A stretch of 46,015 nucleotides of DNA from Candidatus Methylomirabilota bacterium (lineage in GTDB: Bacteria; Methylomirabilota; Methylomirabilia; Rokubacteriales; CSP1-6). The notes under the pieces were generated by a model. That model was not told the origin of the DNA, ran no database searches, and saw only the letters and a list, made by a program, of their open reading frames with translations. This document shows positions 1 to 10,352 of the stretch, in pieces. The stretch spans positions 1-46,015 of the forward strand of contig JBKPAK010000090.1 of the NCBI GenBank assembly GCA_046726415.1. Direction: 5' to 3'. The position numbers and the translations under genes were made by a program. Position 1 is the stretch's first letter; every line of letters begins with the position of its first letter.

Positions 1-3000
1 CAGCCATCCGGATCCGCCTTCATCTACTGGGCCAACTTGTCGCCCAACACGATCGGACGCGGCACGATCGACGGCAACCCCGCCAACGTCAACCAGCGCC
101 TCATCACTGTCGGCACTTCCGCTTCAGGCGGCAACTCCGTAAACGTCGTGGCGGTCGATCGCCAGTACATCTACTGGGTCGGGGACCCTGGCGAGATCGG
201 GCGCGCGAACCTCGACGGCAGCGACGTGAACCCGAGCTTCATGACCCTTGTGGACGCCACATGGGTGGCGGTCAACGGCCAGCACATCTACTGGGTCAAC
301 CCTGCCGACGTCGCGATCGGGCGCGCGAACCTCGACGGCAGCCAGGTGAACAGGTCATTCATAACCCTACCCGAGGGGAGCAGTCCCTTCGCAGTGGCGG
401 TCAACGGCCAGCACATCTACTGGACCGCCGTTCCAGGAGTCCTAGACAGCAGGATCGGGCGGGCCAACCTCGACGGCAGCAATGTCAACCCGAACTTCAT
501 CAACCGCTCAGGAGACTTCGTTTTTGGGTTGGCGGTCGACTACCAGCACATCTACTGGACCAACCTACATGCCGGCACGATCGGGCGGGCCAACCTCGAC
601 GGCAGCAATGTCAACCCGAACTTCATCACCGGCGCGAACACGAACAACTCGAACGGTGTGGCGGTCGACTACGAGCACATTTACTGGGCCAGCACCTTGG
701 ACCAGTCGGCATTTCCCCAGGGTCTCGGAACGATTGGGCGGGCGAACCTCGACGGCAGCGACCCCAATCAGAGCTTCATCACCGCAGATACGAGCGTCGG
801 CACCGGCTGCGACCAACAATCACCGAGCCGCTGCGGCCCGGGCGCGGTTGCGGTCAGCGTGCCGACCAGGCCCGTCTGCCTGCGCCAGGATCCCCCACCG
901 CTTCCCACATTCGGGGGCGCGGTCTTTGCCCGACCGCTGGACCCCGCGAGTTCGGACGCCAACGTGGTCGTATTGCCTATCGGTTCCACCTGGAGCGAAG
1001 CTTCCCCTTGCGCTGGGATCGCCCAAGGTGCGGCGAAGGTCATGGCCAACCCCACCTCGATTGCCGTCACGCTCGGGGCGGCCGTCTTATTCAGAGACGA
1101 CACCGGCCTCGTGTCAGCGTGGGGAGCCCAGAACGTCGGGGCGGGCGACCCTGCTCCGATATTCTTCCCTGGCCGCCCCGGCTGGACACCAGCGACGGTC
1201 GACGTCGTGGACCCGAAAACGCTGCTGGACACCTACAACGGCTGCCGGGCCTGCGTGCTGCCGGAGAAGATCAGCTTCACACCTACGCTGTTGAACCCGA
1301 ACGTCGCGTACCAGAGCGACCTCAGCGGCGCGAGCCTTGTCGGCGCCACGCTGACCGGTGACTTCAACGGCTGGGACCTGAGCGGCGCCGACCTGACCGG
1401 CTCGGTCTTGAGCGGCGCCGACCTGACCGGCGCCGACCTGACCGGCGCTGTCTTGAGCGGCGCGATGCTGGACCAGACGGTGGTCGATCGCACTGTGTTC
1501 GACGGAAGCGACCTGCGGGGCACCCACCTTGTCGGGCTGCGGTACAGTGCACCCCCCAGCTTCTCCGGCGTCCGGGTGGGGCCCTTCAACGGATCGTGCA
1601 CGATATTCCAGGACACTGACCTTCTCAACGCCCGCCTGGCACCGATCAAGCCGGACCCTGGCTGCGAGACCAGCCCGCTGCTGCCGGGCAGTACTGTGCC
1701 GCTCGACCTGCTCACGTTGCTGGCACGCACCTACCAGGCCACCGTCGACTTCGCCAACGCCCGTTTCGTGGTCGACGCTGGCAACCGCGCCGGACTCGCC
1801 GGTGCGGACCTGCACGGTATCAACCTGGCCCTGGTCAGCTTCGTCGGGTTCCCCGCCGACTTCTCGCGCACCAACTTCGACGGTGCCTCGCTCCAGCAGA
1901 CGAGCTTCGAGCTGGCCGATCTCTCCGGGGCCACGTTCCGCAATGCCGACGCGACAGCGGCCTCTTTCCGCAACGCTCGCCTGGCCGCCCACGGCAACGT
2001 GCTGGGGGCTAGCTTCGCCGGCTCGACGACCAGCCTGGTGGGCGCCGTCTTCGTCGGGGCAGATGTGAGCGGCGCCAGCTTCCAGAGCGCCGACCTCTCG
2101 GGGGCAGCATTCAACCGGGCCCTGGCCGTGGGCACCGACTTCAACTCGGTCAAGGCCCCCAACGCCGTGTTCAATGGCGCCCACATCTACGGTGACGGCC
2201 AGGCCTTCGACAGCGCCAGAAACCTGCAAGGTGTCGACTTCGTCAATGCCGTGCTCGCCGGCGACGCCAATCAGGGAGGCTTCGATCTGGCCGGTGCCGA
2301 CCTGACCGGGGCCAAGTTCGACGGCGCTCAGTGCATCGGCTGCAACTTCACCGGATCGACTCTTGACGGAGCCAGCTTCTCCGATGCCTACCTGCTCGGA
2401 GCCGTGTTCTCCTCCGCCACCCTCCCGGGCGTCAACCTGGTGGGTGCCTGGCTCTACTGCGGGGACCTGTCGAATGGCTCCTGCGCCAATGTCCCGGGCT
2501 CGCAGCCCCGGTGGGCTTGGCCCCTGGCCCTCGGCTCCGGGGAGGCCTTCGGGCCCGTCCCGTTCGCCACGACCGACCTGACGGGAGTGTCGCTGAATGA
2601 CGTGACCACCTGCCCGGACGGCAAAGACGGGTCGATCCCCCCCATCGGCTGTGATGGCCATCTCCTGCCGGACCCGGGCGAGGCGCCACCGCCACCCACC
2701 ATACCCGCTGCCTGCTCAGCCGCTGGTCTGGGAGCCTGTCCCACCCCTACCTCGACCCTCTTCGACGCCACCTCCATCGGCTCACCCCTGGCCGTGGTGC
2801 CGGCCACTCCGCCCACCTGGGCCACCACGCTGACAGGACGGGGCTACTACGTCGCTCTCGACGATGGGACGCTCCGGCTGGTCGGCGACGGCTCCCCCCT
2901 AGTCGTCGCCGGGCGCCCCGGCCAGCACTGTCCCAGCCCCACCCAGGCCTGCGGGGACGGCGGCCCGGCCACCCAGGCCCTGCTCGGGGCACCTACCGGC

Positions 3001-4143
3001 CTCGCCGTCGGCCTGGACGGGTCGCTGTACCTGGCCGACCCCGTCCTCCACCGCGTCCGTCGCATCGATCCGGCGGGCCGCATCACCACCGTCGCCGGTA
3101 CCGGCGCGAGCTGCAGCGCCAACGCCCTCGGTCGGGCTGATCCCCGGCCGAGAGTCCCGGCGCCCGAACTCCTCCGCCAGGTTCCGCGGCACCCTCGTCC
3201 GCTACTCCCCGGCCAGCCTCTCGTGCGCTCACCGCGTTTCGCCACCCCGGCGGACTGCGGGGACGGCGGGCCGGCCACCGCCGCCGCGCTCAGCGGTCCC
3301 TACGGCGTGTGGGTCGACCCGAGCGGCCACCTCTGGATCGCCGATGGTCGCCGGGGTATCCGCGGGATGCTCCCCGATGGCACCATCACCACCGAGTGCT
3401 GTCAGCGCGGCGCCGGGGGCCTCGGCCTCCTCTGGGCAGTGGTCGGCGACATCGCCGGCAACCTCTACGCCACCTCCAATGACCCCGACTACCTCGTCCA
3501 GATCGACCTCACCGCGGGACAGGCGACCATCGTCGTCGGGACCGGGGCGAGCGGCTACAACGGCAACACCGACCCCAACACGGGACTGCTGCTCCCCGGC
3601 ACCTCCGTCCAGGTCAATCAGCCCAAGGGTCTGTCCGTCGGCCTCAACGGCGACGTGGTCTTTACCGACACCACCAATGACCTTGTCCGGGCCTATGTGC
3701 CCGCCTCCGGCCACGTCGTCAACCTGGGCGGCCTCGTCGCCAACGGTACGCCCCAGGGCGGCTTCAACGGGGACGGCCACTACGCCGACCAGACCGAGCT
3801 CAACCAGCCCCAAGCCGTGACCGTGACCCGCGGGGCATTGTTCGTGATCGCCGACACGCGCAACGCCAGGCTCCGCCAACTCGGGCCCAGCCCTCTGGCC
3901 GAACAGGCCGGCCAGGCTGCCAGCGGCGCGCCTGTCCCCATCGTCATCGTCACACCGACGACGCTGAGGCACCGACCCCATGGCCAGTCACCTCCAATCC
4001 GCGCGATCTCTCCGAACGAAGTTGTTGTGCAGCTCGGCGTCGGGGGCAAGTGGGTCGAGGTCAGGGCGCCTGAGTCCTCTCAGGGAGCAGCCACCACGGG
4101 TTGGCTTCTGCGAGAGTTCACCAAACCCATCGAGCGGCCGTAA
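1..4143 (+). CDS. Large mosaic repeat protein, 5'-partial: about six YWTD/LY-like repeats, pentapeptide repeats, NHL repeats, C-terminal SH3b-like segment
   Basis: Frame is open from base 1 (QPSGSAFIYWANLSP...), so the true start is probably upstream of the window. Repeats IYW..IGRANLDGS..N..FI; long A(D/S)LxG pentapeptide tracts; NHL-type motifs (CGDGGPAT.A.L..P.G, LYLADPVLHRVRRIDPAGRITTVAG); tail GKWVEVR...TGWL. Many paired Cys. Confidence 0.85.
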   Translation, partial: QPSGSAFIYWANLSPNTIGRGTIDGNPANVNQRLITVGTSASGGNSVNVVAVDRQYIYWVGDPGEIGRANLDGSDVNPSFMTLVDATWVAVNGQHIYWVNPADVAIGRANLDGSQVNRSFITLPEGSSPFAVAVNGQHIYWTAVPGVLDSRIGRANLDGSNVNPNFINRSGDFVFGLAVDYQHIYWTNLHAGTIGRANLDGSNVNPNFITGANTNNSNGVAVDYEHIYWASTLDQSAFPQGLGTIGRANLDGSDPNQSFITADTSVGTGCDQQSPSRCGPGAVAVSVPTRPVCLRQDPPPLPTFGGAVFARPLDPASSDANVVVLPIGSTWSEASPCAGIAQGAAKVMANPTSIAVTLGAAVLFRDDTGLVSAWGAQNVGAGDPAPIFFPGRPGWTPATVDVVDPKTLLDTYNGCRACVLPEKISFTPTLLNPNVAYQSDLSGASLVGATLTGDFNGWDLSGADLTGSVLSGADLTGADLTGAVLSGAMLDQTVVDRTVFDGSDLRGTHLVGLRYSAPPSFSGVRVGPFNGSCTIFQDTDLLNARLAPIKPDPGCETSPLLPGSTVPLDLLTLLARTYQATVDFANARFVVDAGNRAGLAGADLHGINLALVSFVGFPADFSRTNFDGASLQQTSFELADLSGATFRNADATAASFRNARLAAHGNVLGASFAGSTTSLVGAVFVGADVSGASFQSADLSGAAFNRALAVGTDFNSVKAPNAVFNGAHIYGDGQAFDSARNLQGVDFVNAVLAGDANQGGFDLAGADLTGAKFDGAQCIGCNFTGSTLDGASFSDAYLLGAVFSSATLPGVNLVGAWLYCGDLSNGSCANVPGSQPRWAWPLALGSGEAFGPVPFATTDLTGVSLNDVTTCPDGKDGSIPPIGCDGHLLPDPGEAPPPPTIPAACSAAGLGACPTPTSTLFDATSIGSPLAVVPATPPTWATTLTGRGYYVALDDGTLRLVGDGSPLVVAGRPGQHCPSPTQACGDGGPATQALLGAPTGLAVGLDGSLYLADPVLHRVRRIDPAGRITTVAGTGASCSANALGRADPRPRVPAPELLRQVPRHPRPLLPGQPLVRSPRFATPADCGDGGPATAAALSGPYGVWVDPSGHLWIADGRRGIRGMLPDGTITTECCQRGAGGLGLLWAVVGDIAGNLYATSNDPDYLVQIDLTAGQATIVVGTGASGYNGNTDPNTGLLLPGTSVQVNQPKGLSVGLNGDVVFTDTTNDLVRAYVPASGHVVNLGGLVANGTPQGGFNGDGHYADQTELNQPQAVTVTRGALFVIADTRNARLRQLGPSPLAEQAGQAASGAPVPIVIVTPTTLRHRPHGQSPPIRAISPNEVVVQLGVGGKWVEVRAPESSQGAATTGWLLREFTKPIERP
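196..759 (+). repeat. Intragenic repeats encoding IGRANLDGS propeller blades
   Basis: Near-identical ATCGGGCG(C/G)GC(G/C)AACCTCGACGGCAGC copies start at about 196, 316, 454, 580 and 733, with a degenerate copy near 52. Confidence 0.9.
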
Positions 4144-4517
4144 CCGATCGGCAGCTCGCCCGGCGTATCGGCGGGCTCCGACCCGAGTCTCTCGACATGG
4201 AAGCGGATGCGCCTCGCCGGGGGAGCTCTTCGGCTTGGATCGCGACGGGCGCCATCCAGGTACCGAGCGCGCTTCGGTAAGGCGTGATGCGCCGCGCGCG
4301 CTACCCCATCGCGGTGCACGCGATCGACGAAGACAGCCTTCGCCTCATCCGGCCAGATGGCTAGATCAGGTTCAGCTCCTGCCCAGCCGAGGGGCGGCCC
4401 TCGCCGACTATCTCCAACGGACGTTCGGATGAGCGCATCCGTCGCACGCCGAGGCGATGCCGCCCATCAGCGGTAAGGCTCGGGGGAGCTTGAAGGCGAA
4501 GCGCCGGGGTCTCGCGG

Positions 4518-5747
4518 TCAGTGGTACTGCAGTGGCGGTGTCTGGACAACCGGGGCCGCGGCGGCGAGGATCTCGCGTCGGTCTCGGGATTGGGGCGGGT
4601 AGATGCGGCGGCAGTTGATCTCCTGCTTCGTCCGTTTGGCCGGCTCCCCTTTGGCCACCAGACGCCGGTCCCAGCCCTCTGTATAGAGCGCTCCCCATGG
4701 GCCCAGGTCCAGGCAGGTGACGTACCAGTCGATCCGTAGAGGAAGCATGGGCTTCCCCAGCAGATCGCACACGACGTTGTGACCGGCGAAGCGTCCCATC
4801 GGCCGGCCGTGCTGGCAGGACATGACCGACGCGTGCGTTTCATCCAGCATGCCTCGCGCGACGTCACCGGCCGCGAACACGCCCTCCACCCCGCGGACAC
4901 GCATGAACTCGTCGACAGGGACGCGGCCGAGGCGGTCTCGATCGACACCGAGAAGCTCGGCGACCGGACTGGCGCGCATGCCGGTACACCAGATGACCGT
5001 GGCGGCGTGGATCACCTCACCCGACGCCAGGGTGGCACCCTCATCGCTGATCGAAGCCACCGACACCCCCATCCTCCTCTCGATGCCCAGCGCCGCCAGT
5101 GCCGTCTCGATCACCGGGCGGGCCTCCTGCCCCATGTCGGAGCCCACGTGCGGACTGCGGTCGGCGAGGATGACCCGCACCGACGTGCGCGCTCCGAGGG
5201 CGGCGCGCAGCTTCCCCGGCACCTCCGTCGCGACTTCCACCCCGGTGAGCCCGGCGCCGACGACCAGCACCGTGTTGCGGGCGGCGGTGGCCTGGCGCTC
5301 GGCCAGCGCTCGGAGGTGCTCGTTCAGTCGAGCCGCCGCGCCGTAGCTGTCGACGTCGAAAGCGTGGTGGGCAAAGCCAGGCAGGAGTGGGCGCACCAAC
5401 TCGCTGCCGAGAGCGAAGACGAGCCGATCGTAAGTCAGGGTCCGCGGCCCATTCGCGCCGCGGACGGTGACCGTGCGCGTGCCGTGGTCCAGGCCGGTCA
5501 CCTCACCTTCCACTCGCCCGACCCCGATCGGTCGCAGCACGTCGTCGAGAGATACGCGGACCTCGCTCAGGTCCTGCTCGTAGTTGCGCACCCGGATGCT
5601 GTGGTAGGCGTCGCGGTTGACGAGGGTCACCTCCACCGCGTCAGGTCCAATCCCCAACTCGTCCAACTTGCGGGCGGCGCCCACCGCACTCCACAACCCC
5701 GCGAAGCCAGCGCCCAGCACGACGATCTTCTGCGGTCCCGCGCTCAT
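4518..5747 (-). CDS. NAD(P)/FAD-dependent oxidoreductase, type II NADH dehydrogenase-like family
   Basis: Two Rossmann motifs (VLGAGFAG, VVGAGLTGVE), YDRLVFALG and VFAAGD; SD GAGGAG upstream. Confidence 0.88.
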   Translation of the reverse strand: MSAGPQKIVVLGAGFAGLWSAVGAARKLDELGIGPDAVEVTLVNRDAYHSIRVRNYEQDLSEVRVSLDDVLRPIGVGRVEGEVTGLDHGTRTVTVRGANGPRTLTYDRLVFALGSELVRPLLPGFAHHAFDVDSYGAAARLNEHLRALAERQATAARNTVLVVGAGLTGVEVATEVPGKLRAALGARTSVRVILADRSPHVGSDMGQEARPVIETALAALGIERRMGVSVASISDEGATLASGEVIHAATVIWCTGMRASPVAELLGVDRDRLGRVPVDEFMRVRGVEGVFAAGDVARGMLDETHASVMSCQHGRPMGRFAGHNVVCDLLGKPMLPLRIDWYVTCLDLGPWGALYTEGWDRRLVAKGEPAKRTKQEINCRRIYPPQSRDRREILAAAAPVVQTPPLQYH

Positions 5748-5841
5748 CCTCTCCTCCTCGCCGAGCCCACAGCAGGGCGGCGCACCACCGCTCCCGCCAT
5801 CCTACACACCCGATCCGCGAACTAGGGTATGCTCCGGGTTC

Positions 5842-6960
5842 ATGACCTCCCAATCGCTCCGCATCGGCATCGTGGGCGCCGGCGCCAATACCCGGAGCCG
5901 GCACATCCCGGGGCTCAAGGCCATCCCCGGGGTCGAGATCGTCAGCGTGGCCAATCGCTCACGCGAGTCGTCGGAGCGGGCGGCGCGCGAGTTCGCGATT
6001 CCGCGGGTGTACGACACCTGGGACGAGCTCGTTCAGGCCAGTGACTCCGACGCCATCTGCATCGGCACTTGGCCGTACCTTCACTGCGAGGCGACCTTGG
6101 CCGCCCTGGCTGCGGGCAAGCACGTGCTGTGCGAGGCGCGCATGGCCATGAACGCCGCCGAGGCGCATCGGATGCTGGAGGCGTCGCGGCGCCACGCACA
6201 GCTCGTGACCCAACTCGTCCCCGCTCCCCAGACCCTAGAGGTCGACAGCACCCTCCAGGCGCTCGTCGCCGAAGGTTATCTCGGTCAGCTGTTGGCCGTC
6301 GAGTTGCGGGGCACGCAAGGCCGCTTCGTCGACCGCGAGGCGCCGCTGCACTGGCGCCAGAACGCCGCCCTGAGCGGCCTCAACATCCTCAACATGGGGA
6401 TCTGGTACGAATCGATGATGCGCTGGGTCGGCCCCGCGGTGAGCGTGACGGCGGCCACTCTGGTGGCCGTTCCCGAGCGCCGCGACGCGGAGGGTGTCCT
6501 CCGCCCGGTCACCGTCCCCGATCACGTGGACATCCTCGCCACTCTCAGCGGTGGCGCCATCGCCCATCTCCGCTTCAGCGCCGTCACCGCGCTGGCCCCG
6601 TCCAACGAGGTGTGGCTCTTCGGCAGTGAGGGCACGGTCCGTCTCGACGTCGATGCTCGCCGCGTCTACGGTGGCCGGCGGGGAGCCAGCGCTCTCGAGG
6701 AGATCGCCATCCCGGCCGAGCGCCGCATCGGCTGGCGAGTCGAGGAAGAGTTCGTCAACGCCGTCCGCGGCGTCGAGAAGGTGACGCGCACGAACTTCGA
6801 GGATGGCGTCCGCTACATGGAGTTCACGGAAGCCGTTGCCCGCAGCGCATCCACTGGCCACGCCGTCGCCCTCCCCTTAGCGGAGAAGGCTGGCAAGTCG
6901 AGGGCGCGAACGAGTCGCCCCCGCGGGTCCGCCGGCGCAAAATCGCCGCGGAACGCGTGA
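5842..6960 (+). CDS. Gfo/Idh/MocA family oxidoreductase
   Basis: IGIVGAG N-terminus and AALAAGKHVLCEARMA motif; start taken at ATG 5842 rather than the ORF-track start. Confidence 0.9.
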   Translation: MTSQSLRIGIVGAGANTRSRHIPGLKAIPGVEIVSVANRSRESSERAAREFAIPRVYDTWDELVQASDSDAICIGTWPYLHCEATLAALAAGKHVLCEARMAMNAAEAHRMLEASRRHAQLVTQLVPAPQTLEVDSTLQALVAEGYLGQLLAVELRGTQGRFVDREAPLHWRQNAALSGLNILNMGIWYESMMRWVGPAVSVTAATLVAVPERRDAEGVLRPVTVPDHVDILATLSGGAIAHLRFSAVTALAPSNEVWLFGSEGTVRLDVDARRVYGGRRGASALEEIAIPAERRIGWRVEEEFVNAVRGVEKVTRTNFEDGVRYMEFTEAVARSASTGHAVALPLAEKAGKSRARTSRPRGSAGAKSPRNA

Positions 6961-6975
6961 CGCGGGGTGGGCGCC

Positions 6976-7006
6976 ATCGGGAGGAGCGGCGGGTCGCTCC
7001 CCCCGA
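6976..7006. terminator. GC-rich imperfect hairpin between convergent genes
   Basis: ATCGGGAGGAGCGGC...TCGCTCCCCCGAT inverted repeat between the stops at 6960 and 7013; no U-tract. Confidence 0.4.
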
Positions 7007-7012
7007 TCCGAA

Positions 7013-8449
7013 TCAATAGCCGCTGAGACAGCGGTCGGCCATGGCCTTGACCGCCGCCCAATCGTACGAGCGGAACATGCGCGTGTTCACCACGGGCTGC
7101 GCCGCGGAGTAGAACATTTCGTACTGGAGCTGGCGTCCCGCGAATTCCGTCCCCACGACGTCCCAGACGAGCTTGAGGACCTTGATGCGCTCGCGCGCCG
7201 AGGCCGTGCTGGAACGATAATAGCGCTCGGTGTCCTCGCGGGTCTCGGGGCTGATGAAGTTCTGCTCGGACGACGGAACAGCTTGAAAGGCCCCTCCGGC
7301 GAGCTCGCGGATGGAGCGCATCATGTCGACGATGAGCCGCCGCTGCAGGCTCATGCCCGCATAGATGTACTGCGGGTGCGGACGGGCCCAGCCGTCGCGC
7401 ACGAGGGGGAACCGCGCAGCCGCATGCACGAGGGCGTCGAAGCTCGCGCACAGGGCGGCGATCTCGCCGCCGAGCTGCGCCTGTACGGCCGGGGTGCCCT
7501 CACTGCCCTGCAGCTCCGCCAGCTTCAGGGTGAGCCCGGCCATGAACTCGAGCTTCACGCCGAAGCGCACGAGTGACTGGAAGTTGGCGAGCGTGTGCGA
7601 GGGTGTGTCGTGGAACTGGCGGTTCACCAAGTCGACGTTGCGATAGATGAACACCTGCTCCCACGGCACGAAGACGTCACGGAGGATGACCACTGTGTCC
7701 ACCTCGTCGAAACGCGACGAGAGCGGGTAGTCGTAGGTGCTGGAGGCCATCTCGCTGAACGGGCGTCGCGGGTACAGGCGAACGCCGTCGGCGGCGATCG
7801 GGATGACCACCGAGATGGCGTAGTCGTCGTCGCCCGGGGCGAGCGGCGTGATGTACGAGAGGAAGAGCCACTCCGACAGCACCGCCGAAGTGGCGATGGC
7901 TTGACAGCCTCGCAGCACGATGCCGTCGTCGCGCTCCTTCACGACTCCCGGGTGAAGGAAAGGCTCGGGATGCTGATGGGCGGCGCGTGTCCGGTCGATC
8001 TGTGGCGGCACGATGGCATAGGAGACGTAGAGGTCCTCACGCCGGGCGCGCTCGTGGAAGCGCACGACGTTGTCGCCGAACGGGGCGCCGCCCTGCGCGA
8101 AGAACGATCGGGCGGTGGCGAAGGCCGTCAGAACGCACGCGACGTGGTCGGGCGTGCGGCCCATGAGGCCGTACGAGCCCTCCGCCCAGAACCGGTGCAC
8201 CGCCTGACGCACGACGATGTCGGCCGCCGAGCGCGGCTTGAGCCACATGGCCCCGATGCGCTCTCCAGTGTCGTGGTCGAGGCAGGTCGTGATGTCCGAA
8301 GCGCCCCGCGCCTCGTCATAGCGGGTGGCGATTTGGCGGATCGGCTCCGCGAAGGCCGGATGCTTGGTGACGTCGGCCACCCGCTCGCCGTCGAGGAAGA
8401 CGGCGCGCCCATCCCGCAAGGCCTCGACGTACCCGTCCCCGCTCCGCAT
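7013..8449 (-). CDS. 4-hydroxyphenylacetate 3-hydroxylase family (HpaB-like) flavin-dependent oxygenase component
   Basis: YVEALRDGRAVFLDGERVADVTKHPAF, GRTPDH, DYPLSSRFDE, VFVPWEQVF and EFAGRQLQYEMFY motifs. Confidence 0.92.
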   Translation of the reverse strand: MRSGDGYVEALRDGRAVFLDGERVADVTKHPAFAEPIRQIATRYDEARGASDITTCLDHDTGERIGAMWLKPRSAADIVVRQAVHRFWAEGSYGLMGRTPDHVACVLTAFATARSFFAQGGAPFGDNVVRFHERARREDLYVSYAIVPPQIDRTRAAHQHPEPFLHPGVVKERDDGIVLRGCQAIATSAVLSEWLFLSYITPLAPGDDDYAISVVIPIAADGVRLYPRRPFSEMASSTYDYPLSSRFDEVDTVVILRDVFVPWEQVFIYRNVDLVNRQFHDTPSHTLANFQSLVRFGVKLEFMAGLTLKLAELQGSEGTPAVQAQLGGEIAALCASFDALVHAAARFPLVRDGWARPHPQYIYAGMSLQRRLIVDMMRSIRELAGGAFQAVPSSEQNFISPETREDTERYYRSSTASARERIKVLKLVWDVVGTEFAGRQLQYEMFYSAAQPVVNTRMFRSYDWAAVKAMADRCLSGY

Positions 8450-8491
8450 GCCCGCAGTATGGAGGGCAGTCCCGGGGGGGTCAATTGGCGG

Positions 8492-9820
8492 TCAGAAGGG
8501 AACCTCGGTGCGCTCGTCCTTCACGCGCCGCGCCTTGTGATCCCAGCGGGGGAGCGCCCCCGACTCGGTCACCTCGACGCTCACGCGGATGCCCAGGCCC
8601 AGGCGGAGACCATCGGCCACCCGTGTGCACAGGGCCTGGCGCTCGGGCCTGGCGAGTGACGGAACAGGATCGAGGCGGATCAAGATGTCGTCGAGGCCCT
8701 CGCGTCGGCGGAAGACGATCTGAAACTCGTCGACGCCGGGGTGCGGTCGCACGAGCTCTTCGATGCGACGCGGATAGACGATGATGCCCCGCACCTTCTT
8801 CATGTCGTCCAGGCGCGCATGGACGCCGCCCTCGAAGGCGACGAGTGTCCGTCCGCACGGACAGGTCCGGTCCGCGCGCTGGACGATATCGCGGGTGCGA
8901 TAGCGCAGGAGCGGCATGGCCTTGCGGTAGAGACTCGTGAAGACCAGCTCGCCCCGCCCCCCGGGACCGACGGCTCGGCCCTCCTCGTCGAGCACTTCGG
9001 GATAGCAGTAATCCTCGTGTACGTGGGTGAGACCCGACCGCGCGTCGCATTCGAATCCCCACGCGGCGATCTCGGTGAGGCCGGGCAGATCATAGGCCTT
9101 GCCGCCGAAGGCCGCTTCGATCTTCGCGCGCGTGGCGGGAATCGACGCCCCTGGCTCGCCCGTGTGCCAGGTGAGTCGGATCTTCGCCTGCTTGGCCAGA
9201 TCGACCCCTTTGCGGGCGGCCGTCTCGGCGAGAAAGAGCGCGTAGGAAGGCGTACAGCCGAGCACCGTGATCGGGTAGTTCAGCAGCGCGTCGATGCGCT
9301 GGTCGGTGGAGAGCCCACCCGCGGGGAAGACCAAGCAGCCCAGGTCCTGAGCGGCGTAGAACCCACTCCAGTAGCCGATCCACGGCCCGTAGGAGAAGGC
9401 GGCCATGACCATGTCGGTCTTGCGGACGCCGAAGGCGTGGAGCGAGCGCGCATACGAGTGATAAAAGCCATGCCAGTCGTCCTCTGTGTCGAGGAAGGCG
9501 AGGGGCCGGCCGGTCGTGGCCGAGGTCAGATGCACGCGCAGCACATCGGCCATGGGGACGGCCAACACGTCGCCCCAGGGCGGGACAGCGGCCTGATTTT
9601 CCTTCAGCTCGTCCTTGGTGGTGAACGGGAGCCTGGCGAGATCGGCAAGGGCTCGCACCTGGTCGGGCCTCACCCGCGCCGCCCTCAGTTTGCGCCGGTA
9701 GAAGGGGCTGTCGTGATACGCGTGTGCCACCTGCCGGCGAAGGCTGGCCGTTTGCCACCTCTCCATCGCGGCGCGCGAGGCCCGCTCGAAGCGCGGCTCG
9801 AGACAGCGCGACGCGGACAC
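8492..9820 (-). CDS. Phenylacetate-CoA ligase family (PaaK-like) adenylate-forming enzyme
   Basis: LPFTTKDEL, TSATTGRP P-loop, TGEPG, PLLRYRTRD and RLDDMKKVRG motifs; probable GTG start at 9820, just after the coxS stop. Confidence 0.9.
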   Translation of the reverse strand: MSASRCLEPRFERASRAAMERWQTASLRRQVAHAYHDSPFYRRKLRAARVRPDQVRALADLARLPFTTKDELKENQAAVPPWGDVLAVPMADVLRVHLTSATTGRPLAFLDTEDDWHGFYHSYARSLHAFGVRKTDMVMAAFSYGPWIGYWSGFYAAQDLGCLVFPAGGLSTDQRIDALLNYPITVLGCTPSYALFLAETAARKGVDLAKQAKIRLTWHTGEPGASIPATRAKIEAAFGGKAYDLPGLTEIAAWGFECDARSGLTHVHEDYCYPEVLDEEGRAVGPGGRGELVFTSLYRKAMPLLRYRTRDIVQRADRTCPCGRTLVAFEGGVHARLDDMKKVRGIIVYPRRIEELVRPHPGVDEFQIVFRRREGLDDILIRLDPVPSLARPERQALCTRVADGLRLGLGIRVSVEVTESGALPRWDHKARRVKDERTEVPF

Positions 9821-9824
9821 CAGC

Positions 9825-10307
9825 TCAGCGCGGGCTCGCCAGCACCGGTGCGGCGGCGGCGATGGCGCGGACGATGCCCTCGTACCCCGTGCAGCGACAG
9901 AGCGAGCCCGCGATGCCCTCGCGGATCTCCCGCTCGGTCGGGTCGGGATTCTCACGCAGGAAATAGAGGGCGGTCATGAGCACCCCTGGCGTACAGAAAC
10001 CGCACTGGAGCCCGTGGTGCTCCCGGAACGCCTCCTGCAGCGGGTGCAAGGTGCCGTCCGGAGCGGCCAGTCCCTCCACGGTCGCCAGCTCCGCCCCGTT
10101 GGCCTGCACCGCGAAGGTGAGGCACGAGCGCACGGGCTCACCGTTCATGAGGACGGTGCATGCGCCGCATACCCCGTGCTCACAGCCGACATGCGTGCCC
10201 GTGAGCTGGCAGACCTCTCGGATGAAATCGGCGAGCAGCAACCGTGGTTCGGCTTCCCCGCGGTAGGCGACGCCGTTGATCGTCAGCGCAACGGTCATTG
10301 TGGCCAT
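9825..10307 (-). CDS. coxS: (2Fe-2S)-binding small subunit, xanthine/CO dehydrogenase family (CoxS-like)
   Basis: [20 protein letters not shown] and LCRCTGY motifs. Confidence 0.93.
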   Translation of the reverse strand: MATMTVALTINGVAYRGEAEPRLLLADFIREVCQLTGTHVGCEHGVCGACTVLMNGEPVRSCLTFAVQANGAELATVEGLAAPDGTLHPLQEAFREHHGLQCGFCTPGVLMTALYFLRENPDPTEREIREGIAGSLCRCTGYEGIVRAIAAAAPVLASPR

Positions 10308-10352
10308 GGCAGTCCCCAAAGCCTCAGCCCAGCGTTAGGCAGCGCAGAGTCA

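Noticed and set aside
196-759. Regularly recurring 27-bp repeats as a CRISPR array
   Set aside because: Spacing of 120-150 nt, in frame within a CDS, intervening sequence is also homologous, and no cas genes are present.
4144-4517. Possible degraded gene fragment (…RYPIAVHAIDEDSLRLIRPDG, …LADYLQRTFG) in the intergenic region
   Set aside because: Pieces lie in different frames and match no family I can recognise; a blastx search would be needed.
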